Assembly: GCA_964474435.1 (NCBI GenBank)
Contig: CAYYSI010000001.1
Location: 190,647 to 254,646, forward strand
Length of the DNA: 64,000 nt
Reading direction: 5' to 3'
From: an uncultured Candidatus Saccharibacteria bacterium
Lineage (GTDB): Bacteria > Patescibacteriota > Minisyncoccia > Phycocordibacterales > UBA9973
This document shows, in pieces, positions 48,522 to 56,356 of the stretch. Under the pieces are notes generated by a model. The model was not told where the DNA came from and ran no database searches. It worked only from the letters and a program-made list of their open reading frames with translations. Numbering within the stretch: position 1 is the first letter of the stretch; every line of letters begins with the position of its first letter. A program made the translations under genes and the position numbers.

Positions 48522-48980
48522 CTAACTCACACTCACAATCTCATACGTCACCTCTCCTTTTGGGGTTGCAACGTTGACGCGATCGCCTTGTTTCTTTTGG
48601 TAGAGCGATTGGCCCAGTGGTGACTTGTACGAGATCTTGCCTGACAACATATCCGTCTCTTCACTCCCTACCATCGTCAGTGTGCGCGTATTTGATTCCC
48701 CTTCTTTTTGAATGACGACTATTGATCCTACATTGATCGTGCCGTCAGTTGAGTGCTTTACGACTTCGGCATTTTTGAGGACATTTTCGATGATAGAAAT
48801 ACGCTCTTGGAGTTTGCCCTGTTCTTCGCGGGCGATATGATACTCGGCATTTTCAGAAAGGTCGCCAAGTGACTTGGCGTATTCGATCGCAGAGACGATT
48901 TCTTTGCGCTTCACAGTCGTGAGGTATTTGTACTCAGCTTCGAGCGCTTCCTTGTTTTCTTTGGTGATAAATTCCTTCAT
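48522..48980 (-). CDS. greA: Transcription elongation factor GreA
   Basis: GDLSENAEY, IS..SPLG. Confidence 0.95.
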   Translation of the reverse strand: MKEFITKENKEALEAEYKYLTTVKRKEIVSAIEYAKSLGDLSENAEYHIAREEQGKLQERISIIENVLKNAEVVKHSTDGTINVGSIVVIQKEGESNTRTLTMVGSEETDMLSGKISYKSPLGQSLYQKKQGDRVNVATPKGEVTYEIVSVS

Positions 48981-49006
48981 AAAGCAGATACTATACAGTA
49001 TATGTA

Positions 49007-50677
49007 CTACTCGGTCAAAAGCCCAGGTGTATCAGCGAATAGTTGTACGACCGGCTTGAATGCGTTGCTTGCGCCACTCGATACTTTGGGGCCATTTTCC
49101 ATGAGCACGGTGAATGCATAGCGAGGGTTTTCGTACGGGAAGAATCCGATCGCCCATGAGTTGACGCGAGTGTTGTTTTTGATCTGCGCAGTACCGGTCT
49201 TTGCGGCGACATGGATAGTCGGGTTGTTGAGCGATTGCGCCGTACCCTCAGTCACCACCATGCGCATGCCGGCATAGACCGTGTCGTATTGCGATGTACT
49301 AAACGGAAGCTTTGCGGTGGGCAATGTACTGTCAGTGACAATCGTGGGGGTGACGAGCGTGCCGCGTGACGCAATGCTTGCTACTGCACGCAACATTTGG
49401 ATGGGAGTAACCTGAAATCCATATTGTCCAATGGACGTGTTGTACGTGTCTCCGATGCGCCAAGGGTCACCAGGGAAATGTTTTTGCTTCCATGCAATAC
49501 TTGGGATAGTACCTTCGAGCTCGCTTGCGACATTGGTGCCTGTTTTCTTGCCGATGCCAAACATGCCGATGTATTTTTCGATGTTTGCAATGCCGAGACC
49601 TTTTTGGTCACCAAACCCGCCTCCTATTTCATAAAAGTAGACGTTGGACGATACTGCGATCGCCTTTTTCATATCGACTGCACCGTGGTCTGCATTGTCT
49701 CTAAATATAGTGAAGTTGTTTGGGTTGTATGGATTGGGAATGCGCAGTGAGCCAGTCGTGTAGAGCACTTTTTCTGGAGTGATGACACCTTCTTGGAGTG
49801 CTGCGAGTGCAAGGAATGGTTTGACGATAGATCCGGGTGTGTAGAGACCATCGGTCATGCGATTGAGAAACGGCCTGCTCTCGCTATGGAGATAGCCGTT
49901 GATCGTCGCATGGTCACTTCCGTCCGAGAGAATGTGCTGGTTGTATTCGGGATATGTCGTCACTGCGAGGAGCTCGCCCGTGTGCACATCCATGACTGCG
50001 CCTGCGCCACCGATGTAGCCCGACTGTTCTGCAAGTCCTTTGATCCCCTGCGCAAGCGCTTCTTGGACACGTGCATCGATCGTGAGAGTGAGGTTGTCAC
50101 CTTGGAGTGGTGCTTCGATCGTATTTTCTGCAGTGACATTGCCTGCGACATCGGTCTCGATCAGATTGGTGCCGTTGGTGCCGGCAAGCGAATCATTGAA
50201 TACTTGCTCCACGCCGTCCTTGCCCACGGTTTGCGGCTGCCAAAATCTCCCACTCTTGTCCTTGGTTGGGTATGAGACATAGCCGAGGATGTTGGCAAAG
50301 CCGGGCTGCTCTATATAGGTGCGGATTGTGGGGCCGTTGTCAGGAGCGATGGTGTTCCATGCGAGCTCGACGCCATTCTTGTCATAGACAACTCCACGAT
50401 CGGCAATGATGGGTGTATGGTCAAGTCTGTTTTGCTCAGCCTTTACGACATAATAGTCATTGCGTCCGATTTGCAAATACGCGAGCCGTCCACCGAAACA
50501 CACTGCAACGACGACCATCACGACAAACAATGTTGCAAGTGATGTCTTTTTGATAGGACGCTCAAGTCGCCCTTCAAACTGCTGCCGATCAAATGCGGGC
50601 AGATTGTGCACGTCCAGCAGTATTTCATCCGGATGCAGCTCGACGATTCGTTTTTTCTTATTTCGAAATCCAATCAT
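49007..50677 (-). CDS. mrdA: Penicillin-binding protein 2
   Basis: PGSIVK, SSN.YFY, IGQ, KTGTAQ. Confidence 0.85.
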   Translation of the reverse strand: MIGFRNKKKRIVELHPDEILLDVHNLPAFDRQQFEGRLERPIKKTSLATLFVVMVVVAVCFGGRLAYLQIGRNDYYVVKAEQNRLDHTPIIADRGVVYDKNGVELAWNTIAPDNGPTIRTYIEQPGFANILGYVSYPTKDKSGRFWQPQTVGKDGVEQVFNDSLAGTNGTNLIETDVAGNVTAENTIEAPLQGDNLTLTIDARVQEALAQGIKGLAEQSGYIGGAGAVMDVHTGELLAVTTYPEYNQHILSDGSDHATINGYLHSESRPFLNRMTDGLYTPGSIVKPFLALAALQEGVITPEKVLYTTGSLRIPNPYNPNNFTIFRDNADHGAVDMKKAIAVSSNVYFYEIGGGFGDQKGLGIANIEKYIGMFGIGKKTGTNVASELEGTIPSIAWKQKHFPGDPWRIGDTYNTSIGQYGFQVTPIQMLRAVASIASRGTLVTPTIVTDSTLPTAKLPFSTSQYDTVYAGMRMVVTEGTAQSLNNPTIHVAAKTGTAQIKNNTRVNSWAIGFFPYENPRYAFTVLMENGPKVSSGASNAFKPVVQLFADTPGLLTE

Positions 50678-50939
50678 ACTGTGTCCCTAGTCGGGTCTGT
50701 GTCGCCACAATATACCAAATAACCAATAGTGCTGCTACGACCATCGTCACCTTGAAATGCCCTACAGAGAGCGTGCTCGTCGGAGCATACAGCGCATCAG
50801 CAAATACTGCCGGCACGATGAGGAGCGTCCGATATCTCACAACCAAAACCGCGACTACAAACAACCCAATCTGTACCCATAGAGGTAACCAGAGTATAGA
50901 AATGATGAGTAGTATGAGTGCGATAATGGTCCGGATCAT
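50658..50939 (-). CDS. Small membrane protein (MreD-like position)
   Basis: Hydrophobic ORF overlapping the PBP2 start. Confidence 0.6.
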   Translation of the reverse strand: MIRTIIALILLIISILWLPLWVQIGLFVVAVLVVRYRTLLIVPAVFADALYAPTSTLSVGHFKVTMVVAALLVIWYIVATQTRLGTQYDWISK

Positions 50940-51002
50940 GAGGTGATTTTAGCATATAAAAAACCCGCTTAGATAAGCGGGTTTAAAAGAACATATTTAA
51001 TA

Positions 51003-51812
51003 CTATCCTACTTCATTTGCTTCGTCGTACTCAGTATAGGCACTCTCTTTATAAGAGTACGTCCATGCAAAACAACTGATTAATAGCCCCAAAGCTGGTA
51101 CAAGGAGAAGAGATCCTAATTCGATAACATTTTGTGAAAACACTGGAGTGTTACAGGTATCAATATTAAGAGTTGCAATCAAAACTACAGCTAATAATAT
51201 CCCCATAAGAAAACCAACATCCCAATCAAACACCTTATCGATTATATTGGAAATAACAATAGATATCCCGATCACTTCAAGTAACGCTATACCAACTCGA
51301 ATCCATTGATCTGTAAATAAGGATGGTCGTATTATCAATCCAACAATTATAGCTGCGCTTAAAAAAAGTAGCCATTTATATTTCTTCCTTTTGAAGGCAG
51401 CAATATAAAAACAAATAAATGCTGCATTGAATATCAGAAACAAAATATTCATTTTCCAGGAAAATCTCTCATTTTCAGAAATAAAAATAGTTGGTTCAGG
51501 TTTTTGTTTCTGCTCCCGGTTAATCAGATATATTTCGCTCTTTTCTCTATAATATACAAAAGGTCCATGGAAAGCGTATTCATCAGAGTACGCTTTTTCA
51601 GTTCCCTTAATACTTTTTCCTTCTACTAGGATCTCTTTAATTTGATCATTAGTAAGACCCATGTCTCTGTACCAAAGAGGGATCGAGATAGTTTTTCCAG
51701 AACATAGGGTTTGTTTTAGCTGAGAGTTCTGTATGTCAACCGTCCAACAATCTTGCGTGTACCCATATGCAATACTAAAGATTGCTACTAAGGCAATTAT
51801 AATTTTTTTCAT
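51003..51812 (-). CDS. Signal-peptide plus multi-TM hypothetical protein
   Basis: MKKIII...GYT-Q signal peptide and about 5 C-terminal TMs; AT-rich solo gene. Confidence 0.75.
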   Translation of the reverse strand: MKKIIIALVAIFSIAYGYTQDCWTVDIQNSQLKQTLCSGKTISIPLWYRDMGLTNDQIKEILVEGKSIKGTEKAYSDEYAFHGPFVYYREKSEIYLINREQKQKPEPTIFISENERFSWKMNILFLIFNAAFICFYIAAFKRKKYKWLLFLSAAIIVGLIIRPSLFTDQWIRVGIALLEVIGISIVISNIIDKVFDWDVGFLMGILLAVVLIATLNIDTCNTPVFSQNVIELGSLLLVPALGLLISCFAWTYSYKESAYTEYDEANEVG

Positions 51813-51876
51813 TGTAAATGTTTTTAGTTTTTCAAAACATTACCAGAAAATATTTTATTGTCAATACTATGCTTTC

Positions 51877-52632
51877 TTATGCAAACCGTCTGATGATGAA
51901 CCGAATGACGAAAAATGCGAGGAGTATTGAGACGATATAGAAGAGTGCCTTGTGGGCAAAGAATGACTCGCCTGCAGTTGCGTAGATAAAGACGACGTAT
52001 CGTGTCGTGTTTCGGTCTTCGACTTGGGTTGCAGGTGCGGTCTGACCTGGAGCTACGGTCGTTTCGGTGCGGATGAGTGAGCTGACTTGGTCGATCGTCA
52101 CACCTCCGAGTTCTTGGCGTACCTTTGTCTTGAGTGCAGTGAAATACGCAAGGTTTTTAAGGCGGAAGTTTTCGATATAATTGAGGCCCTTGCCGATGAA
52201 TCCTTTGACGGCGACCTTGGGCATTTCGAGTGCTGGCGCAACAGTGACTGTACCGATAGTTGCCTTCAGCGATACAATTTCTTTTTTATTTTTATCAACT
52301 GCTTTGGTGATTGCGACACTCACAGGCGTGCTTGCTTTTGGCATGGTCCACTGGATCGATACGGCTTGCTGCGTATATCCTGCAACAGTTGTAGTTTTGG
52401 TATCGATCACTTTTTCATTTGCAACAAATGAGAGCGTGTACGTGATCGGATCTTTTGTCGTATTTTTCAAGTTCGCATAAATGAGGATCGGATCCCCAAT
52501 TTTTGCAGCAAGCTCTTCCCCGCTCGCAGTCGGCACTGACGTGAACCAGACTGATTGATTTGCTTCAAGTGCGTGTGCACTAGTTGGAATAAAGAGTGCA
52601 AGTGCGAGAAATAGTGCAAGAATTTTTTTCAT
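51877..52632 (-). CDS. Secreted/anchored protein with an Ig-like domain
   Basis: Signal peptide AHA, beta-rich domain, C-terminal TM. Confidence 0.75.
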   Translation of the reverse strand: MKKILALFLALALFIPTSAHALEANQSVWFTSVPTASGEELAAKIGDPILIYANLKNTTKDPITYTLSFVANEKVIDTKTTTVAGYTQQAVSIQWTMPKASTPVSVAITKAVDKNKKEIVSLKATIGTVTVAPALEMPKVAVKGFIGKGLNYIENFRLKNLAYFTALKTKVRQELGGVTIDQVSSLIRTETTVAPGQTAPATQVEDRNTTRYVVFIYATAGESFFAHKALFYIVSILLAFFVIRFIIRRFA

Positions 52633-52633
52633 A

Positions 52634-53362
52634 TTATTTGAGACTAAATGAGGCCTTAACAGTCACTGTGATTTGTTTTTCAATCTGGGACGTATCATAG
52701 CTACCATAGTCAGAGACATCGGTAGAATTGCGAGATTGTACCTGGACAACACCGCTGGTCGCACTTTTGAGTGATCCTACGCCGCGACCAGTATTTTTGG
52801 CGAGCTCGGTGGCGCGAGCCTTGGCATCGTCGATCGCCTGTGAGAGAAGCTGGATGCGTGCTTCGGGAAGTTTGGAATAGTAGTACTCGAGCGAGAGACT
52901 TGAGAAAATAACGCCTTGGTTAATGATGGATGAGAGGTTGTTTGACGCTTTAGTCATTTTTTCAACATCGCTTGATTGGACAGTGAATGTCTGGGTAAGG
53001 TTGTAAAGCTTTTCTGCAACTTGGTTCTGTTGATAGATTTCGTTCATTGATACAGGGGTGACTGAGAGCTCAGTTTCAGTAATACCTTGTGCAAGGAGAA
53101 ATGCCTTTGCTTTTGCGGTATCACTTGCGATTTGGCTGTACCCAGACTGCAGCCCGCTCTCACGCACTGTACGAGAGACTTGTGTTGTCCACTTTGCTTC
53201 GTCCGCGGTGACTTCCATCTTTGCTGATCCTGTGACTGCAACGACGTCACTAAATGATCGCAAATGAAAGATCGTCATCATACTAATACCAACCGCAACG
53301 ATAAAACTTGCGCCAAGAATGATACCAAGTGTGACGAGTGGATGTAGTTTTTTATTTTCCAT
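52634..53362 (-). CDS. SIMPL (DUF541) domain protein
   Basis: VTGSA, A..DAKARA..LA, V...F. Confidence 0.85.
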   Translation of the reverse strand: MENKKLHPLVTLGIILGASFIVAVGISMMTIFHLRSFSDVVAVTGSAKMEVTADEAKWTTQVSRTVRESGLQSGYSQIASDTAKAKAFLLAQGITETELSVTPVSMNEIYQQNQVAEKLYNLTQTFTVQSSDVEKMTKASNNLSSIINQGVIFSSLSLEYYYSKLPEARIQLLSQAIDDAKARATELAKNTGRGVGSLKSATSGVVQVQSRNSTDVSDYGSYDTSQIEKQITVTVKASFSLK

Positions 53363-53631
53363 TATTTCAGTATAGCACCTTCACTAATAAGGAGTTTGCG
53401 TTTTGCAGAGGGGCCTCCACGATTGTATTCCCCTATTTTTCCATCACTGCGGATCACGCGATGACATGGGACTGTGGGATCATAGTTCTCTTTCATAATC
53501 CCACCCACTGCCCGCGCAGCTCCTGCATGCCCAGCGGCCTTGGCCACAGCACCATAGGTCATCATTTGTCCTTTCGGGATCTTGCGTACGACCGCTCGTA
53601 CCTTGTCTGCGAATGAGATTTCTTTTTTCAT
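53362..53631 (-). CDS. MGMT/Ogt-family DNA-binding-domain protein
   Basis: IPKG...TYG..A, ARAVG, PCHRV, LL..EG. Confidence 0.9.
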   Translation of the reverse strand: MKKEISFADKVRAVVRKIPKGQMMTYGAVAKAAGHAGAARAVGGIMKENYDPTVPCHRVIRSDGKIGEYNRGGPSAKRKLLISEGAILK

Positions 53632-53694
53632 AGTTGTAGTATAGCAAATGAAAAAGCCTGTCACACACATGACAAGCTTTTTAACAACTTAGAA

Positions 53695-54015
53695 TTATTT
53701 CGTTTTTACAATCTTGAACACCATTGGAGGTTTCTGTGCAAATGTCACCTTCAAAAAATACAGCCCTGATGCAAACCCTTTCATGTTTATAGACCTTGTC
53801 CCGGAAACATATCCACTGTTTCCAATGGGATACCCTTTTGCATCGCAGAGTTGGACAGCAAATTCGTGAGGTGTGTTTGGATAAAGATTTAAAAGTTCCT
53901 GGGTCGGATTTGGCCCAACTTTCATACACACTGTATCAGCAGGGATAGTAGCCGCAAAAACGAATTCTGTGCACACAATGAGTATGCAGAGAAAAAAGAG
54001 CGTAAACTTTTTCAT
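53695..54015 (-). CDS. Signal peptide plus stand-alone T9SS type A C-terminal sorting domain
   Basis: PNPT...L.L...D.KG...I......GLYFLKV...KIVK. Confidence 0.75.
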   Translation of the reverse strand: MKKFTLFFLCILIVCTEFVFAATIPADTVCMKVGPNPTQELLNLYPNTPHEFAVQLCDAKGYPIGNSGYVSGTRSINMKGFASGLYFLKVTFAQKPPMVFKIVKTK

Positions 54016-54093
54016 GACGATTTTGATTTAGAGTGAAGGAAAATAATTACTTTCTTTAACTATAGATCTGGTGATACGAGAAGTCAACGAAAC

Positions 54094-54396
54094 CTATTTG
54101 ATGACTGGGTGCGGGACGTTGATGACTTCCTTAAAGAATGTTACAAATACAGTATTTTTGCCTTCCGTCACAAAGTCACCGTTGAGTGAGCAGGTATATG
54201 CAACGGTCTCTCGGTAGCCAAACGGGATCTTTTCAAGACTGGTTGTTTCGATCGAGAGATTGCAGCCTTCTTGGAGCTTTTGCTGGTTTTCATACACACG
54301 TGCATAGATGAGTTGCTTCGCCTCAGTCATTTCAAACCATGGGCACCATGCGAGAACGACGAGCCCTACAAATATGAGAAATAAAAATCCTTTCAT
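54094..54396 (-). CDS. Hypothetical membrane-anchored protein
   Basis: N-terminal TM ending AWCPW; -10 box 6 nt before the ATG. Confidence 0.7.
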   Translation of the reverse strand: MKGFLFLIFVGLVVLAWCPWFEMTEAKQLIYARVYENQQKLQEGCNLSIETTSLEKIPFGYRETVAYTCSLNGDFVTEGKNTVFVTFFKEVINVPHPVIK

Positions 54397-54438
54397 AGGG
54401 TAAGTATAGCGCATCTACAAAATAGCAACAGCTTTTTA

Positions 54439-54690
54439 TTGTGGTCAGGGATTACTAAATCTAGGACCCTAGGAATTCGCCCGCGAGTCAAAGTCTGCGG
54501 ACTTTGCTCTGATAAATAGGTTTTTTGTTGTGGTCAGGGATATTTTGCTCGTCAGTCACTCACAAAATTCCACGACCCTGCCTCGATCGTTTTGCCTGCT
54601 GGCAAAACATATCTCCGGCTTCCCCATGTAAGAAAAAACCACGAGCAGTCGTGGTTTTTTCTTCATGTGGACTTGGGAACTCATTTCTGG
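54439..54690. repeat. Composite direct/inverted repeat region, putative island junction
   Basis: 14-bp direct repeat TTGTGGTCAGGGAT at 54439 and 54528, plus several GC hairpins. Confidence 0.5.
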
Positions 54691-54857
54691 AACCGATTTG
54701 CTACAGAATGTGATTACTTAATGATGATTATGCGAGAATATAACGCTGATAAGATAAAATAAAAAGGACCCATCACGAATGACAGGTCCTTGAGATAATT
54801 TGTTGCTAAAAATAGAAAACCCACCGAAGTAGATTTTCTACTGGGTGGGTTAAATGA

Positions 54858-55349
54858 TTAAGCCCAAGAACCATTTCCTGTTGAAGTTAAAAGAGCAATT
54901 CTATCTGACTCAACTTGCATTGCTTCCTCATAAGAATTGTCCAAACAATCAGTGTTTTCCATATTTACTCTATAGATACACACATCATCGTTTTCAACAA
55001 CATAATTGTCATAAAAGTCTTGATACTTTCTTTTGTTTATTACAATGATGTGAGATGGTTTTGTAAGATAATCTTTATAAATTGCTTTGTATAAATTATC
55101 TTCATTTTCAATGTTCACATCACGAATACCCAATTCAATGCTCCAAACTTTATACTGAACAGAAAGTGTAATTTTCCCTGTCTCCGTATCCTCTGGTTCA
55201 TAATGAGGGATTTCTAAACTCCCATTATCTTGCATAAATCTTACAGTTCTTTCAAACTGATAATTTGCACCAGATTGAACGTCTCCTTTTTGTTCAGCCT
55301 TAAAAATGCGTGAAAGTGCTGACTTTCCAATTTGCGAAATAGTTTTCAT
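54858..55349 (-). CDS. Hypothetical protein
   Basis: 163-aa ORF with TTGACA-N17-TATACT promoter. Confidence 0.7.
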   Translation of the reverse strand: MKTISQIGKSALSRIFKAEQKGDVQSGANYQFERTVRFMQDNGSLEIPHYEPEDTETGKITLSVQYKVWSIELGIRDVNIENEDNLYKAIYKDYLTKPSHIIVINKRKYQDFYDNYVVENDDVCIYRVNMENTDCLDNSYEEAMQVESDRIALLTSTGNGSWA

Positions 55350-55599
55350 TTTTCAAAGAATTATACCGCAACGTGCGATGCCGAAATAATTTGTTTCCTT
55401 TGTGGCATTCAGGGAGTTTCTCCATTCACCCCATATCTACTAATCAAGGAAGTAGAATAACCTTATGGGTAGTATAGCACAATCGCTTGACAATGTCAAG
55501 TATTTGTGATACACTATTCCTAATGGTGCGTTATGCCCGTTCGTATATGAGGGGTCGTAATCCTCAATAGTTCTTCAAAACAATTTAATACTAATCGTT

Positions 55600-55878
55600 A
55601 TGATTATTACTTATCGTATTACCGAAGGTCCGTCAAAGTTTGACTTAATGTCTAGTTTGTTTGATGGAAAAGTTGTTCAGTTTACTCAAGAAATTGAGTC
55701 AAATAAAAAGACAATCAAAGCTACCATTACCGCAATTGAAATGGAAGATGGAAGCCACGACTCTTGGAACATAAAAATGTTAGTAAGGGAAAGCAATACA
55801 ACTTCAATCCAAGTTGGAAGAAGTTTATCGGCTTATTACAGTAGCCGAAACAGACAAGGCAACATCAGGCTGAGTTAA
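55600..55878 (+). CDS. Small hypothetical beta-rich protein
   Basis: GPSKFDLM...EDGS..SW; own promoter and terminator. Confidence 0.7.
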   Translation: MIITYRITEGPSKFDLMSSLFDGKVVQFTQEIESNKKTIKATITAIEMEDGSHDSWNIKMLVRESNTTSIQVGRSLSAYYSSRNRQGNIRLS

Positions 55879-56035
55879 TAATAATTTTTATAACTACTGG
55901 CATCTCTCCAGTAATTGTCATAGACAAGAGAAAATATAACTCAAGACCCTTATCTTTATAGATAAGGGCTTGTTTATTTTTACCCCACACTATGCATCAC
56001 TATTCTTTAGGAGTTTCCCGACATTATAGGAATAT

Positions 56036-56227
56036 CTATTTATCCAGTTTATCACTGTTATCCTTATTGATTTCGGTGATATTTTTGTTTTTTATTTCAT
56101 CTAACCACATATTGAAAAATATATCAGCCGTTTGTTCCATATTGTCTTTAAGTTTGATTATCTGTTCTTCCGTAAGCTCCTTTGCTTCATCTCCCAAACT
56201 ATTTTTGAACTCTTGAAGTGTCATCAT
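56036..56227 (-). CDS. Small helical hypothetical protein
   Basis: 63-aa ORF (LG....LTEEQI..L.D) downstream of the R-M operon. Confidence 0.6.
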   Translation of the reverse strand: MMTLQEFKNSLGDEAKELTEEQIIKLKDNMEQTADIFFNMWLDEIKNKNITEINKDNSDKLDK

Positions 56228-56356
56228 TTTCTTTTATAGGTTTATTATAATTCTCTGGGTTTTGTTTCCTGTCTTCTTTTAGGAGCCAAGAAAAAACATT
56301 GACGACATTTTGTCTTTCTTCTTCGGTCCAAACCTTAGGTTTTCTTAGGTTGTCCA

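Noticed and set aside
16630-50282. Numerous 60-220 aa antisense or alternate-frame ORFs in the track
   Set aside because: They are shadows of well-supported genes and have no recognisable motifs
55486-55500. Palindrome CTTGACAATGTCAAG as an operator
   Set aside because: Explained by back-to-back -35 boxes of two divergent promoters
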